DNA from: Eledone cirrhosa
Taxonomy: Eukaryota
Assembly: GCA_964016885.1 (NCBI GenBank)
Contig: OZ024743.1
Location: 5,332,001-5,396,000 of the forward strand
Reading direction: 5' to 3'
DNA length: 64,000 nucleotides
The stretch's first letter is position 1, and the number at the start of each line of letters is the position of its first letter. Made by a program: the position numbers and the translations under genes. Of the stretch, positions 26,858 through 41,314 are shown in pieces. Below the pieces are notes generated by a model. The model was given only the letters and a program-made list of their open reading frames with translations. It was not told the origin of the DNA and searched no databases.

Positions 26858-27090
26858 CCATCTTTGTCATTCCTGAGCCATTCGTGGCCAAACGTTTTCA
26901 ATTTCCTCGAAGTCGTCTTGCCACCTGGACTTCTGGCGGCCTCGGTTTCTTGTGTGAATTTGTGGGGTCCAGGAGGTCAGCACATTTCAATGGATTTGGC
27001 GCCTAAAGAACAAGAAATCATATTTTTCCACTGCGATGGACTTGGTGGGAAGGTGTACTGTGAGTGGTATCCCACATCATTCTAATAGCA
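26812..27090 (-). mobile_element. 5'-truncated RTE-clade LINE 3' end
   Basis: Translates WTPQIHTRNRGRQKSRWQDDFEEIENVWPRMAQE*QRWRSSGKAYVQQW, matching the RTE C-terminal pattern W.P...R.RGR...RW.DD...W...AQDR..W....AYVQQW. Confidence 0.8.
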
Positions 27091-27835
27091 TAGCGCAACA
27101 GATTTTGAGAGAGAGAGGGGGTGAAATAAAGAGGGGGTAAATGAAAGAGAGAGAGAGAGAGAGAGGAGGGGGGAGGGTAAATGAAATAGAGAGAGAGAGA
27201 GAGAGAAAAATGTACTCCAGTACTACTTTATCTATACCAGAAGGATGAAATCAAATTTGGCCCTGAAACAAATACTGCACGGCGTAAGGCTCTAATGATA
27301 CTACCACTTGTCCACCAAAGCCTTCCATCCTCCAACTAAAGGAGCAAAATTTTAACTGTTAGGAATTTGTTTGGCGAACTATGGGTCATATAAAAACAAG
27401 ATAGAAATAAGTTCACACGTGTTCCAGATATTAGGGATTTAGAGATTACAGTAATTCGGCAGTTATATTCAACTAGCAATCACTTATGTAAAGATAATTA
27501 ATATTGGTTAATATTAGTAGTTCTTCAGTGTAACAGAATGAAAGGATTTATACATCAAACAGAGCTCAACTTGTTTCAATTTTCTACTGATTCCAATCTG
27601 TCGCTAATACTCTTCGAAGAAGCATGGAGGTCATAGTTTAACGCCCCTTCCTATTCTACTACTCAGAATCATCGTAAGCAAAGAATATTTAATCTTCCTT
27701 TAACAATTAACAATATTATAAAGAAATGTAACTGGGAAAAGCACACATGGCTGCTAATGGTCATTTACAATATTTACATACATCACGCCATGCATTACTT
27801 GTCAACTTGAAAGGCAAAATTAACTTCGGTGGGAT

Positions 27836-28100
27836 TTACTTTGCATGTCGCTTGAGCCCTCCTGCTGATTTACATTCTCTACCACATGCTTGGTAAGCAT
27901 GATGAGTAGCATCTCCAACAGCAGCCTGGTAGTCAACCATTGGTCTTACTTTATGACTGCGAAGATGACTTTCGAGTCCAGCTTTGCTTAGGCAGAGTCT
28001 CGCACAGACGCTGCATGTCAGCACCATAGGAGGACCCTCGCCGTCTGGAAGTGCAACAGCAATGCCCTTCCTCATATCCCGCTTTACTTTCTACATACTT
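27836..28100 (-). mobile_element. LINE C-terminal C2H2 zinc-finger fragment (RTE/BovB-like)
   Basis: CSVCARLCLSKAGLESHLRSH and a second degenerate finger ACGRECKSAGGLKRH; no splice signals noticed. Confidence 0.6.
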
Positions 28101-28885
28101 TACTACATACATACATACATACATACATACATACATACATACATACATACATACATACATACATACATACATACATACATACATACATACATACATACAT
28201 ACATACATTACGATACAGGCTTATTAACAATAAACCCACCTTAAATCTGGATGAAATGGAAAGATAAAGAGAAAAACAGAAAGTGGGCGAGAGAGAAAGA
28301 GAGAGAGAGATAATATCTGTCTACCGCAGACATTCTTGTTAATGAAGAAGGACCTTTGTTACAATTACATACGAATTATCTGAAGATCAAAGCCTAATCT
28401 TAATGAGAAAACGAATTAATCACTCTTTATTTTCTGTTATCCATTCTGAAATCGTTATCATTACAATGAATGATATTTCTCTGATTGCAATACGGGAATC
28501 GCTTTGTACATGCATCTTTAGCTAAGAGGTTCTCAGAAGGATCGCGTTAAATTCGACATGGTTAAGGAGACTATATCAAATCGATAAATTTCATCCGGCT
28601 ATTTATACAGTTGAATCAAAGCATTCAGATACTACCTTTCCCATACGCCCACACATGCGCCAACACATGTATGCGTATGTGTATGTGTCTGTGTATGTGT
28701 TCATTTATTCTTTTTCTAGTTTCAGTCTATAAAATACGGTCATGCTGAGGCATCGCTTTAAAGTCAGTTATATCAACCCCAGAGTTTGTTTGTTTGTTTT
28801 TGTTTCAAGTCTGTTACCTATTTTATCAATCTTTTTTAAGTTTCGCTAAGTTACGAAATATATACATCGACACTGACACAAACGT

Positions 28886-28956
<71 letters not shown>

Positions 28957-29072
28957 ACCATCTCCGGAGAGGTTCGTCTCAACAATAACACCGAATTTCA
29001 CGAGTCCTATCTGGATCAAGTATATTCACTGTTTGTGTTTGCCATAATTCCTTTTATTAAATAATTAATTAT

Positions 29073-29260
29073 AGGGCGGTGGATTGGCAGTATCGGTAGA
29101 GCGTCAGACAACATGCTTTGCAGCAAAGAGTTATGACCCTTTAAGTTCTGAGTTCAAATCCCTCCGGGGTTAACTTTGCCTTTCATCCTTACGGGGTCGA
29201 TAAAATAAAGTACCAGTAATGCACTGGGTAATCGCTGGCCTTGTGCCAAAAGTAGAAAGA
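29073..29260 (+). mobile_element. SINE family 1
   Basis: Full-length match to the family pattern. Confidence 0.85.
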
Positions 29261-29393
29261 ATTAATTAACTAATTATGCACCCCACACCTGACGATGTCA
29301 CCAAAGTCTGCGTTATGATCGAATATGGTCACTTGGCCATTGAAATATGTATAGTGCTTTTTGCGACATTAAAACTTTAAATTTGTATGTATG

Positions 29394-30630
<1,237 letters not shown>

Positions 30631-30833
30631 ATTGTTATACTTGGGGAGGGTCATATTTGTGTAATATTGCCAGAATTAATAACAGAACACACTCACTGTT
30701 TGGTTGGTTTTGGCTTTTCGCTTCTGTGTCTTTTATATCGGTAATCTAATTTATTCGGTCCTCAATGTTGCCATTAACTGACCAACGGTCAAAAGTACGG
30801 ATACAATATAGACACAAACACATATATATAGTT

Positions 30834-30877
30834 TATCAAAGTTCTTTCGTTGCACATCTACAACATCGTCAGTGGTA
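30834..30877 (-). ncRNA. Minimal hammerhead-like motif in the PLE 3' UTR (one stem I mismatch)
   Basis: TACCA-CTGACGA-T-GTTGTA-GATG-TGCAAC-GAAAG-AA-CTT^TGATA. Confidence 0.6.
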
Positions 30878-31197
30878 CTATTGTTTCCTCCCGTTGCATT
30901 GTATTTTCTACGCTATCTTTATTTAGTCTGTTTATATATTTATTTATTTGTTTATTTTATTTTGTATTCTTTGCGCATGCGTTTGCGTGTGTGTATAGTG
31001 TTTTGTTTGATGTGTGCTCATGATTGGGTGGCTGTGTATTGGTTAATGTATTCTATCTTTACTAGTGTGTGTTTATATGTGTTTGTTGTTATTGTGCTTG
31101 TGTATGTATTTATTTATTTATTTATCTGTTTATTTATTTATTTATTTATACTTCTCTTAGGTCAGTGTTATTTCTTTGGGTGTTGTTGTTATTCCAT

Positions 31198-31815
31198 TCA
31201 TTTTTTTCTGTTTAGCCTTGGCCTTCTAAGTTCTATTTCATTGGCCTCTCTGATTTGCCTATCTGCTGGGTCATTTCTATGTTTAGATATTATTCTAATT
31301 TCTATGTTGTCTATGTTACTGTCGTGTTGTTGTCTGGCATGTTCGTATAGTACTGAACCGTTTTTTCGTCCTTTTAGTTCCCCCCAGTGTTGGCCTATCC
31401 TTTCACCTATGCTACGAGCTGTCTCGCCTATGTATGTTGTTGTCATGTTTCTGCAAGTACCCTCTGTACATCTTATGCTATAGACTACGTTTCTAGTTTT
31501 ACAGTTTATCCGGGGGTTTACCTTACATATGATACATTTCCTATTAGTACAGTGGGTTTTCTTAAAAGGGTAGGTTTTGCTGATCAGGGATTTTATGGTG
31601 GTTCCTGGCTTTTCTACCACCTTAATCTTTAAGTGGGTTTTTCTCAGGGCCTTTCTACACTGGTTAGCTAATTTCCCTCCAGGGGTAGCGTCCACAAACA
31701 TGACACTCTGGTATCTCTGGTTGTCGTACCATGAGGTGGCTTTCCCTATCTTATGTCTAGCCCTATCTAAGCTATTCCATGATTTGCTCCTGTATAATGG
31801 GCAAATTCCTTTCAT
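31198..31815 (-). pseudogene. PLE linker zinc knuckle + GIY-YIG endonuclease (C-terminal part of ORF)
   Basis: VMFVDATPGG..IKVVEKPG..CxxxxCxxC..NVVYSIRC..YIGETARS..ER..QH..R...EA..I....P.LN. Confidence 0.88.
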
Positions 31816-31888
31816 GTCCAGTTCTATGAGGGTCTTATACTTCTCCGTGGCTCCTTCGTATACTATATATATATATATATATATATAT

Positions 31889-32255
31889 AGTAATAATAAT
31901 AAATTTGAAGACTAAAATCCAAAGAGGGCTCGAGGGACATACGTCTCGGTTTGGATACTCCTGTCGCCCGTCATTTCTGTTCTCCCGGTCATACTTCCCT
32001 ACATGTTTCAGTCCTGGGTGTCCTTTTACATCATGGATCACAGGCCTCGCGCAGCAGGACTGAACAAAGTCTGATTCACCGTCTTGGGTCCTATTCCCCT
32101 CTTGGACTCAACTCACCTCCCCAATTTCTCTAGTACCCCGTCCATTATCACACCCCTAGATTCCTATCGCTTTCTCTTTCCTCATAGCTTTGTACTTACA
32201 TGCACACACACTCACATATACACATATATCTCTTCTTAGCTTCGTACGGACCTAT

Positions 32256-32342
<87 letters not shown>

Positions 32343-32686
32343 CATGCTTAAGCACGTGCTCAAGTATAGCTCTTTTTACCAAACGGTTTTTTTTCCATTT
32401 TAGGTAGACGCGCGCCATCATCCACTTTTCTAAAAAACAAATCATACACAAAACGCCAGCATCAACAGTTTTGCAAGAGATGTCAACATGAATGGACCTG
32501 TTATTCTTATCTAAAGACATTTTTTTCAATTCCATCCCGCCCGTCCCCTTAGTCTATTTTATTTCTCATTCTTTCTTCTATTGAAGGACTAGCGTCCGAA
32601 ACGTTAAGACCCTCTTCTAGCTATATCAAGCGTTAACCTAATATATACCTTCCATATACTGTACCGATTGTGTTATTTCTGTTTAC

Positions 32687-32690
<4 letters not shown>
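31889..32690 (+). mobile_element. 3' fragment of a third Penelope-like lineage (Neptune-like GIY-YIG C-terminus + 3' UTR)
   Basis: RDIRLGLDTPVARHFCSPGH...R...EQSLIHRLG...PLGLN* ending at 32133. Degenerate hammerhead-like GAAGGAC-TAGC-GTCCGAAACGTTAA near 32583-32607. Confidence 0.7.
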
Positions 32691-32755
<65 letters not shown>

Positions 32756-33213
32756 TGAATCTTGCGTTTTATTTAATGTAATACAACGGCGTTTATTCTC
32801 TACAAAATGGTAGCACCCAACTTCATTAATCAATTAACCAAAGATGGAATATGAACCAGTAATAAGCAGAGGCATGCTTGAAACAGCCCAGCAACCTCTG
32901 TAGGATTCGAACCTATATCGACTTTTGAAACGAATATCTTTCTTGTTTTTGTGTGTGGGGGGGGGGGTATCATTGACTCTAAAATTAAAGAGCAATATTT
33001 CTTTCGTGGCGAGAGAACGATATGAACTTGCAGCAACATATTTGATTTTGCGGTTTTTAACTTTAATACAATCATTTTTCAAGGACGGTGCTCCAGCATG
33101 GCATCAGCCGGTTGACTGGAATAGGTAAAAGAGTAAAAGAGTAACTATTATTTATAATGATCGACTATCACCATAATCATTTGCATTTGAGACGACTACA
33201 TTCCATATATATT

Positions 33214-33270
<57 letters not shown>

Positions 33271-33861
33271 CTGTATAAATCTAACCGCGTGAACAAACGA
33301 GATTTGATAGCAGAAGTACTTTTGCAAACGAGCCAACCAGAGTTTATGAATAGCAGCTTACTCAAGATGAGCGGCCTTTGTTCCTAATTTTAGATGCTTT
33401 AGTTGTTGTTGTTATGTATGTCTCTGGCTGGTGTTTTGGGGTGTGATGGCAGTGAGTTATGTAGAAATACATTCCAGTTGGGAGAATGGGAAAGGGAGAT
33501 AACCCACAAGTACAATAACCGAGTCTCAAGGACAGCAATCGAAATGTCAGTTGTTGCTGGTCTGGTGGTGATTGTGTGTGTATGTGTCTGGTGTGGGTGG
33601 TGTGTGTGTCTGTGTATGTGTGTATAAATTAGTTTGTATTTCACCACCACCACTACCCTCTCACTCTCTATTATATATATATATCAGCAACATCAGGTCG
33701 AGCTTGCTCGGCTTTCTACGACACGTTTCCTCCATCCATCTCTGTCTCACATAGCGTTTGCCAGTTCTTCCGCAGTGCATCCAGTATCGTCCTCAAGTTG
33801 CTTGCTCCATGAGATGGGCTCCATAACAACACATCACCTGCTATTTCTTCCTACACACATA

Positions 33862-33921
<60 letters not shown>

Positions 33922-33922
33922 A

Positions 33923-34230
33923 AGGCGCATGGTTTAGTGGTTAGATCATTGGGCTTGCATTCGGGAGGTTGTGAGTTCGATTCTGGGACCGGGTAACGTG
34001 TCCTTGAGCAAGACACTTTATTTCACGTTGCTCCAGTTTACTCAGCTGTAGAAATTAGTTGTGACGTCACCGGTGCCTAGCTGTATCGGCCTTCGCCTTT
34101 CTCTGGGACAAAATCGGTGGCGTGGAGAGGGGACGCTAGTATGCAGGTCTTTCAAAAAACAACCTTGCCCGGACTTATGCTTTCTAGGTGCAAGTACCAT
34201 GGTCATTTGTGACCGAAGGGGGTCTTTTTG
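33923..34230 (+). mobile_element. SINE with family-2-like head and a different tail
   Basis: GGCGCATGGTTTAGTGGTTAG A-box, GAGTTCGATTC B-box, GTCCTTGAGCAAGACACTTTATTTCAC core. Confidence 0.75.
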
Positions 34231-35473
34231 AATATAAATATATAAGATATGTAGATTCCCGAGATTTGTCGGGTGGTAATCACAATTAAAAAAGGTACTC
34301 AATACATTGGTAGAGTATAGGCATCTTTTATTACATCGATGTAATTGCTGGCCTTGTGCCTATATCTGAAATCATTATATGTTCATTGGCCATAGACCCT
34401 AGGCTATATATATATATACTTCATTTTTTTTAAATTTCCGTGCAACATATCTAGAAACAAATTAATGTAAATATGTTTACTTTTTAGATGTATATAATAT
34501 TCTAAGAATTATCATGTATAAATTAATTTCCTACCAGATGTGTTGCACGAAACTCAAACATAGAGTTCGATGTCTCACGGCCTGTTCGTTATCCTTTGCT
34601 ATTTTTATATAAATTCATTTATTTATCTTTAATCATATATATTTTATGTATACGTGTTCAATTGTGCATGTATATTCATATCCTGTATATCAAGGGGTGA
34701 GGAACTATGTTATTGAACATGAGCAAGAGTATATATGTGTGTGTGTACCTGTGTGTGTGTGATGGATGTGGAAAGAGAAATAACGTAAAATGTGTTTGGT
34801 TTATTTTTATCCGCTTATTTCCCCTCGTATGATATCAAAGAACTTCCAAAGCATATGGATTTCTTATAAAATGACTACTTCTTTTTCTTAAAGTTTTAAT
34901 GTAGAATAGTTAGGACGTCAGCCAAAATGGTTGCGTTATTTGTTCTGATTCTCTACGATTAAATCCATCCAAGTTATTGCTTTTCAACCTTCTGGGGTCG
35001 ATAAGTAAAGAATTAGTCGAGTTCTGAGATCAATATAATCGACTATATACCTCTACAAAATTTCTGGCCGTGTGTTTATGTTAGAAATTATTTTTACATC
35101 TATTTCAATCATTCAGAAGAGGGGTTGAGAAAATAAGTATTAATCAGTCGAGAAAATCGACTATACCCTCTGCTCGAAAAAAGATTGCCTTGGACATATA
35201 ATAAATATAGAAATCTATGTTTTTCCATTTCTTAACACCCTAAGGAAAATGAGCCAATTCATATCCCAGCTACCGATTTATTTCCGTCACTCCGAACATT
35301 TTAAATATGAAAGAAACACTCCTAAACAACCTCTATATTCTCTTCAGTCTCATTTTCTTAACAATTACTAGTACAATGTCCATAGATCCAAATCTACCGC
35401 AGACCTGCTCTTCTAAGCCACACATTAATGGTTGTCCTTGAGAGTGTTTCTGACAGCAATGATATTGCCTTAG

Positions 35474-35670
35474 CAGACCTGTCATCTCTCCCTGTCGGAC
35501 AGGAATATCTCCCACCCATTTTAGGGTGGGTGAGAGATGTCTTCTCTTGTGAAAATGGGTATAGCTTTTCATTATGTAAAATTTCCCCATTTTGCCTCAT
35601 TCCTCCCCGTTTTGGGGCACTTTTTTTTCATGGTACTCCCCGTTTGGGTTTTTAGAGGTTAGCAGGTCTG
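35474..35670. mobile_element. MITE (copy 2 of 2) with a 6-bp TSD
   Basis: TIRs CAGACCTGTCATCTCT / AGAGGTTAGCAGGTCTG; exact CCTTAG on both sides. Confidence 0.75.
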
Positions 35671-36615
35671 CCTTAGATCAACGCCTTCGTTGTCACCTAC
35701 GAATTCCAGACCCTTGGAACGGCGGTTTGATATCATACCGTTTATCTCAGCCTATTTTGGGGGAATGTGTCATTTACCATAGCCTCTGGTCAACCTAAGC
35801 CTTATGATTGAAATTTGGTAGGCGAAAACTGTTTGGAATCCCGTCGAATAGACTGTACCTGTAATTCAAAGAGCCAGCCTTGTCACAAACGATGTCACGC
35901 CGAATCTCTATGAGAATTATGATAAGGGTACATATCTGTGGAGTGCTTTGTCAATTGCACGTTCATAACAAGTAGAACACTCATCGTCGAAACCGACGGA
36001 GATCTATGCCATTCATTCCATTCCAATCTCTACTGCCAACACCAGCATTTAACATCAAATTTCGCAACTGCCACCTCTCCTCTACCACGCGCAGAAGAAA
36101 CTCTTCCCTACTCACGTTTCATACATACATTTTCAACTTGAAAAGGCTTAAACTATATATAAACCACATCAACTTCTGCAGATTACTTGGCCCTGCTCTT
36201 CCCACTAAATATTGAATAAATTAAGATTAGGTGTTATTTCGTGGTCTCACGTTAGCTATATTTCACTATGATCAAAATCATTTCAGTCGTGAAAGCCTAC
36301 ATGTTGCAATGAGATTTTCCTTTGTTTAGTGTATGCGATTTGAGGAAGATTGTAGCTTTTTCGAGCATGTAGCTTTTTCGAACATGTAGCTTTTTTTAGC
36401 ATTGTAGCTTTTTCGAGCATGTCGACCGACTAAGTATAGTTTCCCTTGTTGTCTCGTAAAACTAATTTGTTAGGTTAAGAAATTAATATGTATTTTAACT
36501 TCCTATCCAGAATCAATATGTCCGAAACCTTTTTCTCTGTGTATTTACAGATAGAAAAGATGGAAGCAAAACAAAATTAACGTATAAATTGATTGTATTA
36601 TTTCATATTCAGTTT

Positions 36616-36800
36616 GTGGATTGGCAGTATCGGTAGAGGGTCGGACACCATGCTTTATAGCATAGTTACGTCCCTTTACGATCTGAGTTCAAATCCCGCC
36701 GAGGTTGACTTTGCCTTTCATCCTTACGGGGTCGATAAAATAAAGTACCAGTAATGCACTGGGTAATTGCTGGCCTTGTGCCTAAAGTAGAAACAATTAT
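36616..36800 (+). mobile_element. SINE family 1 (young copy)
   Basis: Full-length match to the family pattern. Confidence 0.85.
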
Positions 36801-37097
36801 TTCATATTTAGATAAACGCAGATATTACAGCATCCTTGAACTTAACATAATTAAGGATATCCGCGTGAATGATATCTCAAATTTCCAAGTAAAATGAAGT
36901 CAATACATCTTCCTGATTACACTAGGATTCTTGAAGGAGCTTCAAAATTGCTTAAATGATTCTCAAGAAATTATGTTAAATATTCTAATACACTATACAT
37001 TATTGTCTAGAATTATCTTAGAAATTACAATACCGTATTGTAAGCTTAAATTACTTTCATACTTTCACTATCTCTCCTCCATCTCTCTCTCACTCCC

Positions 37098-37128
<31 letters not shown>

Positions 37129-39270
37129 TCCCATTAGACTCATTATCTAACGTTTTCTCTCCTTTCTCTATATTAATTTATCTCGCTATCGATCCATCCA
37201 TTCACCCATCTATCTATTATCTATCTATTACGAAAGTAGTCTCTATCTCTCTATATGTATGTGTGTGACTGCGCGTGTGAAACAGACCGTTCAGTTCTAT
37301 AGGCATGTAAAGATTTAATACATTCGTGTATGTATATTTGAATGCATGCTCGTCTGCTTGTTTATCCACCAGCCTCTTCATGCGTATGAGAACACATGAA
37401 TGCACCGGAAGAGTAATTCCGTTGCTGGCTAGATTGTAGGCACCAAGTTACCTAAGAAGCTATAGATATTCATGGTTTAGAGTTTAATGTGATCAATTTC
37501 ACAGCAAATTGAAGCGTACTTTCTCCACATATCAAACATAATTGTAGATAACGATAAAGACCTGTTTCAGAATGTATCCTAGAAACGCTGGGAGAAAAGA
37601 GAGAAGCTACGTTATTGTGATTGTTCAGCAATTCACTCAAATATAATCGTTACTGTTGTCGTTGCTGCTGCTGTTGTTGTTCATTCTCAGATCAGCCCTG
37701 ATTGAGCAGAACTATGATCAAAGATATTCCAGCTTTGACCATTCCAACTGTTTTTGTTATCAAGTACTACATTATCTAAAGTGCCCTTCCTGTTTTAAAA
37801 TTGTAGGATGAGTTTCTTGAAATTCGTGACCTAGTGGTACGGCTGTTGAACTTATGATCATAATGTCGTAGGTTCGATTCCTGGACTGGGTTGTGTGTTG
37901 TGTTCTTGTGCATATCACTTAATTTCATGTTACTCAGCTGAAAATGAGTATCAGCAAAAGCTGGGGGTTTAACCATGCGCTGGACTGGCGTCTTGTCCGG
38001 GGGAAGTATTGTAATCTAGGTCACTTCACGCCATGAAACCAGAATAAGCACCAGTCTAGCGAGCCTTAAATGACTTAAGACAGACTTTAGACTTCTAACA
38101 GGTTGAGCGACCCTGAAGAGACTCTCTATGAATGGTTATGAACGCCAGACTAAATCCATTGCCGTATCTAAACTTGATTCTCTTCAAAATATATAGGGCA
38201 GTAACTAAATGCCACAAAGCATTTTGTTAGGCGCTTTCACTACTCCGCAGAAATAAATAGTTGTTTTTAATGGGGTTTTTTAACAGCCAAATGCTTCGGA
38301 AATTTTTTTTTTTCTTTTTTAATCGTATGAGGGGAAATATACAGCCAAAAATAAACCGCTCACATGTAAGTTACTTGATTTCTCTTTCTACATTTACCAA
38401 AAATGAGGAAGAACCTGACACCATCATAAAACCTAATTTTAACTCCACCTATAAACTAATTGCATAATTGGTCCAAGGGCAATTTTCAAATCTATCCGAT
38501 ATTTCCCATTAAACCTGAATTCATTAATTTATAGTATTATAGATATTATATATTTCGCAAGCAAACTTCTTGTTCTAGTTCAATAACACTGTCACTGGTT
38601 CCATTCGATAATCAATATATAAATGACATAGATTTGCAATAAGTATTCTTTTATGTCGACCACTAATGACCTTTGTCTCACCCTAGAAATCCATTCAGTT
38701 GAGCCAGCTGTAGAGTTTCTAATCAAACATAACATCATGATATTCTATGTTAGATATTACCTACAGATGGTCTTATTCCATTATAGAAAAGGATATGTTG
38801 TTGTTTTTTCACAACATAATCAACAATTCTGGTATTGCTATAGCAACGTTGAATTACTTTGGGAAATTAAATTCTTCCCGCAAATCTTATAAACAAGCGA
38901 CTCGAAGAGCCATGCTAAATCCTTCTTTTTTTTTTAGTGTGGATGCTTCATCCGCAAAACTAATATATTTTTTCATCGATTAATTTCTGGTTCTCATTAT
39001 AAGACACTTCATCACATACACTATTTACTCATTTGTTTGACCCAACCTTTGGATTGCAGTCAGGTTGGAGCAGCACCACCATTTACCAACCAACTAACAC
39101 CACTCTCTTACTCTCAATATATCTTTCCTCTGGCGTCCACTTGTCTCTTTTTTTCTTTTCTTTTTGGGTGGATAAAATTTTAGAAAGATTTGATTATATT
39201 TATATAAGCATGCATATAAAAGACCAATATAGATAGAGCTTTTTATAGTCATATACATACATGGAATGAA

Positions 39271-39587
39271 AGGCACTCCGTCGGTTACGACGACGAGTGT
39301 TCCAGTTGATCCGATCAACGGAACAGCCTACTCTTGAAATTAATGTGCAAGTGGTTGAGCATTCCACAAACACGCGTACTCTTAACGTAGTTCTCAGGGA
39401 GATTCGGCATGACACAGAATGTGACAAGGCTGGTCCTTCGAATTACAGGTACAACTCATTTTCGCCAGCTGAGTGAACTGGAGCAACACGAAATAAAGTG
39501 TCTTGCTCAAGAACACAGCACGCCGCTGATAATCGAACTCCCGACCTTACGACCGTGAGCCGAATTCAAAAACCACAAAGCCACGCA
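39271..39587 (-). mobile_element. SINE family 2
   Basis: Reverse complement of the 58140-58445 copy, ending GTCGTAACCGACGGAGTGCC. Confidence 0.85.
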
Positions 39588-39611
39588 ACATACACACATA
39601 CATACATGCAT

Positions 39612-40482
39612 AGATACACAAAAGAGATAGGGATGCAGGCAAAACACCTAGATGTGATAACAAGTGCAGACTCTGCAGAATTAACATCGAAGATGTCACC
39701 CATGTCATCAGCAGCTGCCCAAAGATGTCATCGCGGTACTATCTATGAGGCATGATGTAGTGGCCAAAACACTGTACAATGCAATCCGTAGAAAAGATAG
39801 CCCCGATAATAAACACATTAAAAGCTACAGCAATGTGGAAGACATCCATATACATAATATGAAAGAGTACTGGTGGAATGTTCCAGTAAAAACCCCCAAT
39901 AAAATGCAGGCATAACAGACCAGATATTATGATATGGGACAGGGAAAACAAAGCATGCACTGTAGTGGAAGTTAGCTGCCCAGCAGATGCCAATATAATA
40001 TCAAAGATTAGCGAAAAGGAGAATATTTATGCAGAACTAATGAGAAATCTGCAAATACTCCACCCTGATTACACCTCCAGATTTATGCCTGTGATTATTG
40101 GGGCACTGGGGTATGTTAGTAACTGCCTCAATACAAATCTTGAGAAGCTAGGCTTCACAGGAACAGAAAGAACACAACTAGTTAGGAAATTACAAGTACA
40201 ATCCATTAATGGAACACTAAAAATATGTAAAACATTGCAAAAATGTTGCATCTAATAACTGCATATACACATGTACAGATACAAAGCATATACACATGCA
40301 CACATACAACTCAAAACATACACATCCACACATACAATAACATCCATATCTACACATGCAGACATACATACATATCTACCTAGTTGATGTTGTGTAAATT
40401 CCAATGAGAGAGTCTTGTGTCTATGTTAGAAACCGACTCTCTCTCTATTGGTAAAACTTTGTGAAATTATAAAACCAGAAGA
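39612..40482 (+). mobile_element. 5'-truncated non-LTR retrotransposon with a restriction-like endonuclease (R4/Dong-like)
   Basis: CRLC....EDVTHVISSC knuckle, RHD motif, HNRPDIMIWD...VVEVSCP, EK...Y..L, PVIIGALG; frameshifted; 3' UTR ends in (CATA)n. Confidence 0.85.
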
Positions 40483-40533
40483 ACATACATACATACATAC
40501 ATACATACATACATACATACATACATACACACA

Positions 40534-40564
<31 letters not shown>

Positions 40565-40984
40565 CATACATACATACATACATACATACATACATAGTGA
40601 AGTTGAAGTCACTGGAGAGCCAGATAGTTTGCAATTTTTGATTGTGTGAGTGATTGATTATGTGTATCCTCCACCTCCAGCTATCTTACCCTCCTCCTCT
40701 TGGTCCCGGCCGAGAGGATGGAAAATACATCGCCTTAGAGGACGGCGAGAGATATGCGCTGGAACAGCCACTCCCCCACCCTCGCGAGGCTCGCACCTCC
40801 AGGTAGCCAACTCCGCTCCGATAGCAGTAACCAGGGATGTGGTCTGGGGGCCAAGAACGCTGAAAGTCTCCACTGCTACAGGCTCTACCACAAATCTATC
40901 AGAGACCCAGATTATTAACTAAAAGGCTAATAACCATATCTCTTTATAAGCATTGCGCTGTCTCCAGGGTGAACTGAACAAAAT

Positions 40985-41049
<65 letters not shown>

Positions 41050-41091
41050 TAATAATATCAACTTCGACTAGTTAACAGTGTATACAGAGCA

Positions 41092-41314
41092 TTAACCCTT
41101 TAGAATTTACATTACCCTAAATTTACTATTGTATTTTTGCAATAAAGGCTTTATCTCACATAATCTCGAATCTACCGAGATTTTGATGTCATTGTTTGAT
41201 GTCATTGTTTATTTTGAGAGCGATATCTTAACACTGGTATGAGCGTCTTGTTTGAACAGAAAAAGGAGAAACAATTTTTGCTGGATATGGCCGATTTAAA
41301 TGCTAAAGAGTTAA
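41092..41314. mobile_element. piggyBac-like MITE
   Basis: TTAA-CCCTTTAGAATTT ... AAATGCTAAAGAG-TTAA: TTAA TSD and imperfect 13-bp TIRs. Confidence 0.65.

Larger units (their letters stand above)
30631..31862 (-). mobile_element. 5'-truncated Penelope-like element (second lineage, possibly Nematis-like)
   Basis: GIY-YIG ORF remnant plus ~570 bp 3' UTR, bounded by TA repeats. Confidence 0.85.

Noticed and set aside
24703-27006. Many 70-260 aa ORFs, or a CRISPR-like array, in the 45-bp repeat
   Set aside because: ORFs arise from the satellite periodicity and are broken by the 44-bp variants; no unique spacers.
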